A stretch of 63,969 nucleotides of DNA, counting the filler, from Choristocarpus tenellus KU-1152 (lineage: Eukaryota > Protista > Phaeophyceae): assembly GCA_964200185.2 (NCBI GenBank). It is 7 parts of 7 records of this genome, joined end to end, with 100 filler letters (N's around TTAATTAATTAA, not from the genome) between each part and the next. Parts side by side here need not be neighbours in the genome. Positions count along the whole stretch, not along the records: positions 22,813 to 34,905 come from CAXNAD020001978.1; positions 35,006 to 41,497 come from CAXNAD020008010.1; 5 more parts are not named here. One strand, 5' to 3'. The notes beneath the pieces were generated by a model. That model worked only from the letters and a program-made list of their open reading frames with translations. It had not been told where the DNA came from and ran no database searches. Shown here piece by piece: positions 23,066 through 35,043 of this stretch (the stretch's first letter is position 1; each line of letters starts with the position of its first letter). Both the position numbers and the translations under genes were made by a program.

Positions 23066-24511
23066 ATGCCAGCCCTAATCTGTTGTCTTCTATGGAGTTG
23101 GATACGGGAACTGCATTACAAAAATACATTGGCGACCCCGCTCTTTGTGGCATTCGCTGTACTGGGTGTTGCTGGGGAGACGCTCCTGGAAGATTCTTAC
23201 CCCTCGCCCTCGGGTACCAGCATCCTGAAAGTAATTGCTTCCCAGGCTTTCGATTGGTCGAAAAGCACGACCCCTGCTCCAATCAGCACAACCGCCGTAC
23301 TCGCGAAAAGACTGCTCACCGACAGATTCGCCCTTTCTGATAGCTTCGTGATGGAGGACGGAGTAAAGGGAAGGAATGACGGGTTTGAGGACATCCCCAT
23401 AGCCCCGGTGCGATTGTCTCTGACATCTGAGATGCTGAGCACGGTGCAGGAATTGTGCGAGACGCGGGGATGCGATCCTAACGAAATTGACCCCGAGTTC
23501 GGGACGACACCACTACACCTGGCGGAGCTGTGGGGGGATACAAACCTCACGGAGTACCTCCTCTCCATCGGTGCAGATCCTGACGCGTACGATTCTGTGG
23601 GGCGCCAGCCAAGTAACATGAGCTTTCTAAACTTCTCCATCAACAGCAAGGTTGCAGCGGTTAAGAAGGGAGGAAGTTGCGAGATTCCAGAGGTGGTGAT
23701 CCCCATTGGGTCGGAGGTTGGGCAGGATGAGGAAGACAGCAGTGGCGTGGAGCGAGCGCTGGCGGAGGTTCGTCGCCTAGTTAGCGAGGGCGAGCCAGTC
23801 ATGGTGCGCAACGCCGGCGCGTGGCTGGACAGAACCCCGGAGGGTGGAGCCAAACATCGAGACTCAACCTCGTTCATAGAAAGTTGGGGACACCGCATGG
23901 TCGATGTTGGCAGCGTGCCGTACGCCCGAGTATTTAACCTCGGTGCATCGGAGATGACGCTGAAGGGATTTGCTGACGTGGTACTGGGCGTCGATGATGG
24001 TGCACCGTCCGTTCAGGAGGGTGAGGTTGAGAGGGCAGACGAGAGCCCAAACGGTGCCACAAACTCGCGAGGCCACTCTGCTCTTCCAAAGTATGTATTC
24101 CAGCTCGACTCGGAGGCCTGCAAGGAGGGGTATGACTTGATGGATCGTTTTGTCAGGGCGGCTCTCCCAACTGCTGGCCCCCAGCCCTTGGTGTGCCCAC
24201 CACCTAGTGGGCAAAGAGGTCTCGATAGTGTTCACTACTACATAGGCGGGGAGAATAGTGGAGCACCGTTCCATATCCATTCAGACGCCATCAATCTCCT
24301 CTTGTCGGGCACAAAGCGATGGTGGATGGTGACGCCAAGACAGGCATCCTTCAGTCGCCAGCACATTTCTGCATGGGTGGATGGGGAGTACCCAGGATTG
24401 AGCGAGGAGGAGCGGCCTATGGAATGCGTGCAAGGCCCAGGGGATATTATGTACGTCCCTTCGGATTGGGGGCATGCCGCCATGAACCTGGAGGACGGTG
24501 TCTTTGGGTGA
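23066..24511 (+). CDS. Ankyrin repeat + JmjC/cupin (JMJD8-like) oxygenase-fold protein
   Basis: 481-codon ORF with an N-terminal hydrophobic segment, ankyrin motif 'FGTTPLHLAELWGDTNLTEYLLSIGADPD', and JmjC motifs 'SGAPFHIHSDAINLLLSGTKRWW' and 'CVQGPGDIMYVPSDWGHAAMN'. A possible donor GG|GTGAG at ~24508 may lead to a short last exon. Confidence 0.9.
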   Translation: MPALICCLLWSWIRELHYKNTLATPLFVAFAVLGVAGETLLEDSYPSPSGTSILKVIASQAFDWSKSTTPAPISTTAVLAKRLLTDRFALSDSFVMEDGVKGRNDGFEDIPIAPVRLSLTSEMLSTVQELCETRGCDPNEIDPEFGTTPLHLAELWGDTNLTEYLLSIGADPDAYDSVGRQPSNMSFLNFSINSKVAAVKKGGSCEIPEVVIPIGSEVGQDEEDSSGVERALAEVRRLVSEGEPVMVRNAGAWLDRTPEGGAKHRDSTSFIESWGHRMVDVGSVPYARVFNLGASEMTLKGFADVVLGVDDGAPSVQEGEVERADESPNGATNSRGHSALPKYVFQLDSEACKEGYDLMDRFVRAALPTAGPQPLVCPPPSGQRGLDSVHYYIGGENSGAPFHIHSDAINLLLSGTKRWWMVTPRQASFSRQHISAWVDGEYPGLSEEERPMECVQGPGDIMYVPSDWGHAAMNLEDGVFG

Positions 24512-25539
24512 GAATGGGGTGCAGGGAGGGATAGTCTGTGATATTGGTTCGCTCACTTGCATGTAACGTAGATCCATCATGATCCATGCCATTTTATGGT
24601 AGAATTTCTACCCTGCTGTTGTGACTGCTTGCCCTGTACATTGCCTGGAGCTGATACACTGCTGTAGGCACCGTAGAGAGGAAGGCGAGAATATTAAGTG
24701 TCGAAATTAACTACTGACTGCCTATCTTGTAGACGAAGAGCTGCACCTTGCTAAAGATGAGATCCATAGACATGTAGGTCGGTAAGGCAGCAACAGGTTG
24801 TGGTTGTGACAGGGTTCACAAGTTGAGGTGCAGACAATCCTGCCGCATTTTGTGTTTGGTTTTTCTTGTTGAGATATCTCGAGTGCCTTAACCAAATGAA
24901 GTGCAAATGGACACCCACAATTCCACCGCTTGCTGCATTCATGCATCACGTCTGGCCGACCCATTGTGGACTGCTGTATGTGCTGTCGATCGTTTTGGCG
25001 TCAACTTGGGTTCCCTTGCCCCTACTTACACGCGTCATTCTCTCCCCTGCCCTCCCATCCAATAGGTACACCTTGGAGCTTCTCAATCGGAGGGACACAT
25101 TGGCGTCAGTGTTAGGAGTAGGGTGTGAATAGGACAAGTAGGTATGCAATTAGCACTTCCGATTTCGGCGAGTAATTTCGAGTGAAATCATTTTGTCTAT
25201 TTCTCGAGGGGTAGATGGACCCCAGTTGTGCATATATCGTTTACGTGTGGTGTGCTTGCCTTGAGCTTGCCACGACCTTCCAGTAAATGTATCTTTTCCT
25301 TGTGTGTGTTTTTGTTTTTACGTTGTTGAAAGGTTCGGTAGGGGATATTGATTTTGTTAGCTAGTCTGGTATCGTAGTAGGGAGGGTTGTTTAGCTGGTG
25401 CTGTTGTCTCTTAGTAACTCGAGTGGCCGGGTGCAAGTGAGTTAGATATAGAGCTTCTCAATTGTTGCATCCTCTACGTTGTTGCTTTGCAGGATGGTAG
25501 AACTAACATCCTATTTGTTTCACTATTTAGGTATATATT

Positions 25540-25785
25540 TTTGTTTTATTCTCTGTAAGTATGGATTTTGCCATGTATACCTATGTGTAAATATTGTTTG
25601 GCTGGTTGCTCCCCCATGGAAGTGGATACATAGAACAGTCCAAATACAGTGGGTGGGTAGAGTGAGAATGTCAACTCTTTTGCTAGCTCAGTATTCATTT
25701 TGAGATTGCAGAGTGTTGAGTGGGCATTAAGTGATGTTCTGAGGAAAAGGGGCTCCAAATGGGGTCATTAATAACAGTGACGGTC
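25540..25785 (-). repeat. Dispersed repeat family D, copy 1
   Basis: Inverted homologue at 32695-32935 (conceptual translations MEPLFLRTSLNAHSTLCNL / MEPLFLETLLDDAHSTPCNL). Confidence 0.8.
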
Positions 25786-26939
25786 CAACAGAAAGACAAA
25801 CAATACATGGCAACCTCTCGTTGTCCAATACCGTTTGCCATTTTTTCCCACTACACCATGTTTGTCCCCCATCCATTTTGGAGGGTTGCTCCTAAGAAGT
25901 TTGCAGATCATGAACAGGTACAGGTCACCTTTTGTAAGAGATTGGTACAAGCATCTACTCTGCAGTAGAGTGCCACTTAGCTCGATCTAGAACCCAGGGT
26001 GCCGTCCAACGCATTTCATTTTTTCCCGAGGGAGCCAGGGCAAGGTTCGTAGCAAGGCAAGCCCCTGTCAAGTATACCTGAAACCTGATTGTAACACTTC
26101 CTCCAATTCAATATCATTTATATCCTCATCGCTTGTCTAACGAATCTTAAACGCCTGTGGGTAGGGGCTGTGTTGTGTGTTAAGTATTAAATATGTAAAA
26201 TAGGCAAGGTAGATGCCTAGTCAGTTTGTCTCATATATATGAAATGCACGGCCACAGTATCATGTAATGACGTGGAATGGATTCTTTTGCACACCCAATG
26301 TCATCGATGACGATCGACCGTGGTTTGTGTTTCTTGGTATTAATACACTTTCGGTGTATCTCCTGGATCTGACCATTCTCAACTCTTTTCCTCCATCAGA
26401 GTGGAGTGTCTCAGGCCGTGTCTCACACGAGGTCTAGAACCGCCTTCTATACGTTCGGCGATCCAAATACAATTAGAGTCTACAACTGCAAATTTTGTTG
26501 TATCTAAGAAGGTATGCGTGTGTCCTACAGGGATATATGACCCACCACAATAAATTGTCGGTGTTTGAATAACTTCTCTGACAGATTGGCACCTCTGTCC
26601 AAATATCTCCCTTCTGCCCAAAATGTTACGATATAACCGACCACAATAATGTATTGCGCGGGGGAATAGAAGTTGTCTTCCTCGAAGGAGGTCCACACTT
26701 GTCTTGGCAATTGGTTCCACAACACCATTCTTTGACTGTTCGTCGAAGGGCCTGGAAATCATACCGCAACAATAATTCCCGTGCCAGAGGGGGGAGGTAG
26801 ATATTTTTCATTGTACATAGAGGCATTGTGAAAACAGTTGCGTGACAACTCTGATAATGATTCATAATATTGCTTCTTGACCTCTGCTGGAGTTCCAGTC
26901 TGGCAGTCGTTTGATTGGGGGTCAGATTGGAAGTGGAAA

Positions 26940-27120
26940 GGCTCAAAGTATCTGGGAGGGGGTAGCGGCTGTGTCCATTCGGGGTCAGTTTTTTTATGTC
27001 GCGTTTTTTGTTCGATTTGGTTACATACGTCGGATGGGTAATGTACATGCACGTTTCCTGATTTTGGTCAAATGGACACCCTGGTGTAGATCCCCCCCTC
27101 CCCTCCAGATACTTTAGGTC
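26940..27120 (+). mobile_element. MITE family B full copy
   Basis: GGCTCAAAGTATCTGGGAGGGGG ... CCCCTCCAGATACTTTAGGTC. Flanks GAAA/AAAA (1 mismatch). Confidence 0.9.
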
Positions 27121-27729
27121 AAAATGTTTGTGAGTTGCTGGAATACAAACGCTACTCTCCTTGAACGACAACTCTTCCTTGTGCCCATCTAGCGCTACCT
27201 CAAAAGGTGCCATGTAGTATCGATATACGAAAACGTTTACTCACTCCCAAGTTTGGTGCAGCTAGTGGTTGCACGGGCACTATCAAGTCCCCAACCTGCT
27301 GTTCGAATTGAAGGAAACCGTAACAAAGAAAGGTCTACCATCCACTCCCTCTCAATAATTAGGGGACCCTGATCGGATCTCACGAATATGTGCCTTGCAG
27401 AGGTCGAAGGAGAACCTCAAGTCAACTCGAATCTCCTGCACAAGGTTCGTTCAAAGCGCACACTTGTTCTGATAGTCTCTGTGTCACATCGCCAATCTCG
27501 TAATTACCACCTGCCTCACCCCTTCACAGGATACAAATAGCTTTCATATCGAAGGTAGGGTCAACCCACGAATTTGTTATGGTCTGACTAGTACATTACC
27601 AGAGGATGAAATCAATCACGTGGAGGTAGAGGAGCTTTGGTTTTGTTGTTCTGTTCTTTCATTTCACTCTTGTAGAAGTACATAGCCCAAGGGAATGTGG
27701 TTGGGGTAGGGTGGGTCAATATAGTTATC

Positions 27730-29014
27730 TTATCCATTGCTGGAGTTAGAAGTGTGGTGCCTCTGACCACCAACTCATGTCCAGCGATTAACAACAATAA
27801 TAACAACATAAGAGTAGTAATAACAAATACGTACTAAGCGTATTTTGAGGGATAACGTTTTCTTTTCACCAATGACCAGTTGTTCTGGGAGATCATTCCA
27901 TTAGCGATTACCATAATTATTCGTTTGAGCCAAAGCAATCGAGAGATAGGCAGGTTTCGATCCTTCTTGTATGTTTTAAGCCATCTTTCTTGTCCTGTGC
28001 ATTACACTCTATCTCAATTGCTTGAAACCGCACAAAAGTGTACACTTGTTGATATTCTACCTTACTCAGAAGGTGACACCACAGTTCAGCGAAGGCTCTT
28101 TCTGAGATTGTACAACATGACGTATTTTTTCCATTTTCTAGGGATCCTTAAAATGTAACCCAGCTGCCTACCTCTCTGTTGGTTTGACTCTTTAGGATTT
28201 GTTGGGACCTTCTTCGTTTTCTCGCTTTCACTGAATAGATGAAGGTGGTGGCTTCATACGTTTCTTCCGTATCTTCTTTCTTCACCTTTCTGGTGGCCTT
28301 AGTCACCTCCGATAACACAGAATTTGCCCATTCATTCACAGCAGTGGAACTCACTCCACGTTGATTTTTGGGGTGTTACCAGAGATAGTAGTGGTCATAT
28401 TATCCATTACTGGAGTTAGAAGTGTGGTGCCTCTGACCACCAACTAATGTCCAACGATTAACAACAATAATAACAACATAAGAGTAGTAAATAACAAATA
28501 CGTATTAAGCGTATTTTGAGGGATAACGTTTTCTTTTCACCAATGACCAGTTGTTCTGGGAGATCATTCCATTAGCGATTACCATAATTATTCGTTTGAG
28601 CCAAAGCAATCGAGTGATAGGCAGGTTTCGATCCTTCTTGTATATTTTAAACCATCTTTCTTGTCCTGTGCATTACACTCTATCTCAATTGCTTGAAACC
28701 GCACAAAAGTGTACACTTGTTGATATCCTGCCTTACTCAGAAGGTGACACCACAGTTCAGCAAGGCTCTTTCTGAGATTGTACAACATGACGTATTTTTT
28801 CCATTTTCTAGGGATCCTTAAAATGTAACCCAGCTGCCTACCTCTCTGTTGGTTTGACTCTTTAGGATCTGTTTGAACCTTCTTCGTTTTCTCGCTTTCA
28901 CTGAATAGATGAAGGTGGTGGCTTCATACGTTTCTTCCGTATCTTCTTTCTTCACCTTTCTGGTGGCTTTAGTCACCTCCGATAACGCAGAATTTGCCCA
29001 TTCATTCACAGCAG
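27730..29014. repeat. Near-identical tandem duplication of a ~615-bp segment (27730-28344 and 28400-29014)
   Basis: Direct alignment at an offset of ~670 bp; duplicated short ORFs in the ORF track. Confidence 0.95.
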
Positions 29015-29039
29015 GCTTATATTTATTTCCTATATATAT

Positions 29040-30053
29040 GAGTCCAAGTATCCTAGAGGGTAGAGGCCCGTCCGTTTGGGACCCACATCCAATGTTTCTA
29101 TTATGTTGATATAATTTTGACTGTGGTGTTTTTGTTAGGAGGTGTTAATATCCTTGCTCCGGACACAGCTTTTCGTAAAATACAGATTTTATTTATTCCA
29201 AAACATTTTGGAGTATTTAAAATCTCATAAAAAAACTGTTGGAAGCTGTTAAAACATAGGCTGCTCATCTGTTTGTTCCTTGATACGATAAAGTTCCACC
29301 AGTCAAAACTGACTGTTGATTGGTCCGTTACGTTCTGGACGTTACTTTCACTAGTTCGTCATGACCACATCAACTACAATCAGAACACCTTATTACAGAA
29401 CAGTTGCTCTGCGTTCCACAGTGTAGTGTAAGTCACTCCAGTTGCATCACATGTTGTTTTAATTTTCTTCTGTTCTTCTGTTGTTTGTTTTTCTTTCCCT
29501 CTTTTTATCAGCAGAAGATGACAGTTGTACATTAATGGTTAATTATGATTTCTTTCGTGACTGCCATCGATCTCTCAAATTGCATCAACGCCACTCTGCA
29601 AACTGTGTATCAAAAACACACATGGATGTAACATAATCAGAGTTAATATCATCTGCGGAAGCCCTTGCCAGCCAAGGTAACGAGCCTCTCCACAGAGCAT
29701 GGGCTTCTTTCGTTGAGTATCACATGAAAGAACTCTGAATTTACATCACATCATTCTGGATTGGGCAACCAAGAATACTAAATTCATATATCGCATCATT
29801 CTTGGCTGAGAGATCAATGACCTCAGTTACTACAGAATAAATACATCGGTGCTTTGCAGCACAATCACGCCTATACATAACATAGACTACGCATATCACT
29901 CATTGGTGCTTTGCAACACCATGATTCCTCATCGCTAGTAGTCTATACGCATTTTGCTTACATGTACGATGCATTCGATTCAGGTTTCAACAGAAGCCAA
30001 GCCCCAAATGGACAAACAGGGGGGAAATCGTACCTTCAAAGATACTTTCACTC
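29040..30053 (+). mobile_element. MITE family A copy split by a solo LTR
   Basis: Left part 29040-29246 and right part 29993-30053 rejoin into a complete element. Confidence 0.85.
29247..29992. mobile_element. Solo LTR (746 bp) with 5-bp TSD GAAGC
   Basis: Starts TGTTAAAAC and ends GTTTCAACA (TG...CA imperfect inverted termini). GAAGC at 29242-29246 and 29993-29997. Confidence 0.85.
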
Positions 30054-32694
30054 TATGGACAACCAAAAGCGGTCGTTTTTAAGAGTACAGGAGATATGTC
30101 GAAGGGTATTATAGGGAAATGTGTATACACCCTTTATGACTTGTAGAAGTAGAGGAAGGGGCATTGGTTCAGGCTCTAGGACGACGTTCCACCAAAACGC
30201 AAGGAGATCATCAATATTATGTCTTTCTGGTTGACAACGACATAGATAGGCACTATCGTCGTTGAATTTCCTATATTATCGTAAGTTAAATGTAATCATT
30301 ATCGTAAGGATACTTGAATAATCGAATATTCGGATCCCGTGGAGACATTACTCATTGATGAAAACCGTGTTCATAAAGAGACGTTGCGGGAAGACACTGA
30401 AATCTATCGCTCCGAATATCCTTCACACAGTCAAACCAAAGTTCTCAGAACACAACCTCAATCAGTTTAACGGTATATGGCATACGGCAATAACGTTATA
30501 AAAAAAATACTTTCCACATCACTCTCCCTTTCTGATCGGCCTTGAAGTCATGTAAATGTGATTCAAGGTCAACCAAAAAATGAGCTCTGGGAGCGAAATG
30601 GGAAACATATGTCACTGCTAGTATACTATTGCACTATTTTATTACACGACTACATTAAAAAAAATGAAGTGTAATATAAGAACGAGGCACATAATGAATA
30701 TCTGATCAGGATAACAATAGCCTAAGGTTGATAGTGTGTGGTCAACACACCAATCAAGCTTACAAGGTCTGAGAGTATGTGATCAACATATCAATCAGCC
30801 TATAGATGAGGCGAGAGGTATATGTGGCCAGCATATAGGGTCTCTATTATCTTGTATAAGACAGAGGATACACTCAGAATGGGGATACGAGAAGCAACAC
30901 TATATACAATGTCAACAACGGTTTGACTAGTGTTTGTGATTCAACATTTCTATACAGGTGTTATACGATGATTTGGCCATCACTCCGATGCGTGAAAACA
31001 ACATCGCGTGTTACATGACCAAATCAACACAGCAAACGATGAGATCAAACGTATGCACCCACTCTCCTTCCTCACTTCTGACACATCGATTGGAATATTG
31101 CTCGCAACGATTATAATATTCCAAGTGGACAACTCGGACGAACGTACGATGTTGGTGGCTCAACTCTCCTAAAACGATACGAGGTGACTGTACGGCCATT
31201 GCATGCCAAGAAAAACAAAAAACATTTGTGGTTCACCTGAAGTCTCCATCTCTTACCTGGTGGTAGACTTGAATATTCGTTTTTTTTCTCCGGTTTTAGG
31301 ATGGTATTAGTCATTTCATGATGATCAATAAATCCATTTAATGAAAATGCGATATAATGTAATGAATAGTCACCTTTAGCACACAAGTGCTAATGTATTA
31401 ATGTGCGCCCAGTGATATGGTCTCTTCACCACCGCATGTGTCCACTCATGCAAACGAGGAGAGTTGAGAGATAAAATTGTCTGAATCCACCAGCATTTAT
31501 GCATAGTCTATTTCCAAGGATTGATAAACCTGGTAAACATGAGATGCCAAGTCAGAGCTGGTCGTGAACAGGTTAACTGACATCTGTTACCAGTTATCTC
31601 ACCTCTTCACAAAACGATAAGATCATACCCATCTATGACAAAATGACACATAAACAATTTGTCTGAACTAGATGGACAACCTATGTAAAGGATTATATTA
31701 TGTGGGTACCACGAGATCTGACCAAGAGACACTAGTCTTAAAAATAAGTACACAAACATCCAATTAATCAAATAAATGAAAAATTGGCAATGATCTGTAC
31801 TACACATACACACGATAATCTCTTTACTGAAACGCTAGGGTTACAACATGACGGCAATGCATGATATACAGACTATGCAAAGGAGTTTGATAACAGTAAA
31901 TACGAATCCTCAAGTCAACACCACAAGGGACGATAATTTTACTGGTTATCTAATCCATTTACTGCACGATAGGCTGCAATCATTTCACAGCATTGTGGGA
32001 TCTGTTTTATTCTTTTGCGAAGGTCACAGGACGGTCCATAGCCACATAGACGAAGGTCATGGATAACATTAGTGGACGAATGATATGAGGGAAGAAACTC
32101 TCGTGCACAGAAGCCTTCTTTGAATGGTATGATGCTCTTTATGTGCAATATAGGCTGGTAGTCTATATGGTTTATAACTGTTTTGTGACCATTATTAGAC
32201 AACAGGAGTGTTGACTAAGTGGAACAAGTATCATTGACTTGTTTCGTGTGGTTGGAGTAATAAGTTCGATTTCTTATTACTTGATGTAAATGGACTGATG
32301 GAGGATTACTGACATAGTACTAGCTACACAGGATAAGTGACATGGTACGATGTAACGGCAGGACACGTTTTGATATGTCAGCTGATGTGTCAGCTGACAT
32401 TATGCAATAAACAATGAGATAGTAAGAGAGAGCACCCCCCCACCACCGAGGGCTGTGCTCACTCCGCTAATAAACATATCCATACCACACAAAGCAAAAT
32501 ACTCTACTTGAGTAGCTCTCTTTTGCAAACTTTATGTTTCTCAATTTGTCACTAAAGGAAATATTCTTCTGACAAGGCATCGGGTTGTTTCGAGCAGGAG
32601 GCGACGGGGGAATAAAATGGTGTGGTGGAAAGAACTGGCAAACAGTGTTGCACAATGAGAGGTTGCCATGTGTATGGTTTGTCTTTCTGTTGGA

Positions 32695-32935
32695 CCGCCA
32701 CTATCGTTAATGACTTCATTTGGAGCCTCTTTTCCTTGAAACATTACTTGATGATGCCCACTCAACACCCTGCAACCTCGAAATTAATTGTGAGCTAGCA
32801 AAAGAGTTGCCATTCTTACTCTACCCACCGTATTTGGACTGTTCTATGCAACCATGCGCATGGGGTGCAGCCAGCCAAATAATATGTACACGTAAGCATA
32901 CATAACAAAACCATCCTTACAGAGAATACAAAAAA
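32695..32935 (+). repeat. Dispersed repeat family D, copy 2
   Basis: Reverse-complement match to 25540-25785. Confidence 0.8.
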
Positions 32936-33974
32936 AATATAATTACACTTTCGAAGCTGATAAAAAGAGCGAATTCACAATATCCAGCCAGCCTCTTCAC
33001 AGAGCGTATCACAAGACGCATAATATTTTATTCTAGTGGTGCTTCAGTGCACTAGTTCACCCTTCGCTGCAAGACTTCAAACCTCCATCTTCCAATGCAG
33101 ATATAGACATTTAACCATGTCAATCAAAATCACTCGCCAAAACCAATTGTTGTGTATATGTGGAAAGTGCTGTATGGTTGGGCAAATATTTTCCCCGATA
33201 CATACTATAGTGTTGGCAGTCGCCTCCTGCATCAACTTTGTCGTGCCATAACTTTTGATCAACAACGAATTTTCGATGAAAATTAATGTCTTGTAATTGG
33301 ATGATCATGCTTAACCTTGGTGGGTGGCTCGCGGTTGGTCCATTTGCAGTAATCGCGAGAAACAAGACCATAAATATATCAAGTAGTCCGCGCGCGCGAA
33401 CCGTGCATATATGGATGATTTTGACGCTAGAAGACGCCATCTTCACCCGAAGAATATGCGCGTTGTTGTCTCTCCATTCTCTTTCCATTGTTTCCCGTTT
33501 ATGCGATATTGTCACCTGCTAACTAAGGCTCACTCATGGGGGCCCCAGCCTCTGAACCAGAAAACCCATGTCAAGTCAAATGAGGTATTCTGAGGGTGCA
33601 CGCCTCCTGTGGGGCTTAGGAGTCTTGTACACCCTGTCCAATTTGGTGCACTCCGTCCCTTTCTTTCTCGTTGGAATATATCAGGTGGTTAATTAATACT
33701 CATCCTGAAGAACCTCCCCACAATTACTCTGGACAGCCCCCCTTCCTCCTCAAGACTGGCAGGAGTTTTGGCCCTCATTCCAGGTAACGTGTAGTCACAG
33801 CGGCCTCGTACATAGTGCTTCGCCCGCTACCAGACCCATCTCTATCGGGTTCGATCCACAGTGTCGTGTGAGGGGCAGGCGATAACTCGGAGCTCATTGT
33901 GTGTCACAGTGTCCTGCGAGTGGCTTAAACAGTATTAAGCCGAGGCTCGTCTGCGTACTGCTTTGGCGGCTACC

Positions 33975-34310
33975 AATCTTGATATTTTTTGAAAAGGTTG
34001 GCCAACGTGTGTTAATCGACGATCCAGCATATCAAATGAAAGCTCTTGGTGTAAGCTATGGAGTGCCGCAAAGACCATCTTCAGGAAAAATATTTTTGGT
34101 CGTTATAATTCAGTCCGAAACGTGTTCAAGGTTGTGCCGAAAATATTCGGTTAAAATTTCACATTACCAAAATAAGCTTGCCGAAGAACTTCTTTGCCGC
34201 ACTCGATAGCTTAGGTCAAGAGCTTTCATTCGATATGCTTATCGTCGATTAACTCGTTGGGAAACCCTTTCCAACAAATCAAGATCGGTTTGATCCTAAA
34301 TCGACTACAC
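33975..34310. mobile_element. Inverted-repeat (foldback/MITE-like) element, family C
   Basis: Arms of ~85 bp: ATCTTGAT...GCATATCAAATGAAAGCTCTTGGTGTAAGCTAT and ATAGCTTAGGTCAAGAGCTTTCATTCGATATGC...ATCAAGAT. A second copy lies at 8003-8254. Confidence 0.7.
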
Positions 34311-34778
34311 CTAGCAAGACTGTAGCTGTAGTGTGTCAGCCTCAATTTGATCTCATCAGGATCCCAGATATTTCTTTGTGTGGTAGTTCCACATCAATTT
34401 GGAGTTTTGGGGAGGTGGAAACGGTGGGGCGGAGGTACAACTCCGAAATAATTCTGACATGTAAACAGTTTTCATTGGTTTTCCCGCCCATACATCTCCA
34501 AAATGTCAGATGGCAAAATAATATAATGATATTATACTCATAATATAATGATACTCATACTAAGTTCAAGACTACATCGTACATAATTATGTCTTCTTAA
34601 CATTTTGGAGATGTGTTAGATCCTGACAATATGTGAGGAAGGAAGAAGAAGAATGGTAAAAATATTATAGTATTGAATGACAATATATTGTGTATCGGTA
34701 CAAATTTGGAACAAACCTTCAAGACAGTAATATAGAATAAAATACTCCATTCTCATTGTCCAAGATATTTCCAGCAAG

Positions 34779-34905
34779 TAACCAGTCTTGAAGGCTCAAA
34801 TTGATTGCACATTGAAGGAATATAGCACCTGCATGCATAATACAATTCCATTTCATTCCAGAGGATACAGACCAGAAATATTCCCACCTACAAACAACCA
34901 GGTTC
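34779..34905 (+). repeat. 127-bp terminal direct repeat of contig 4 (right copy)
   Basis: Identical to 22813-22939. Confidence 0.95.
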
Positions 34906-35005
34906 NNNNNNNNNNNNNNNNNNNNNNNNNNNNNNNNNNNNNNNNNNNNTTAATTAATTAANNNNNNNNNNNNNNNNNNNNNNNNNNNNNNNNNNNNNNN
35001 NNNNN
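34906..35005. other. Artificial contig spacer
   Basis: 44 N + TTAATTAATTAA + 44 N. Confidence 0.99.
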
Positions 35006-35006
35006 G

Positions 35007-35043
<37 letters not shown>

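Noticed and set aside
23197-23898. 233-aa antisense ORF
   Set aside because: Shadow of the GC-rich ankyrin-JmjC coding strand.
26379-27213. 127-195-aa minus-strand ORFs
   Set aside because: The longest runs through a MITE, and none shows a recognisable domain or splice structure.
30900-31700. Possible degenerate integrase on the minus strand (SPRIVLG...EWVHTF)
   Set aside because: Only a vague spacing resemblance, no DDE motif and many stops; it cannot be supported without a profile search.
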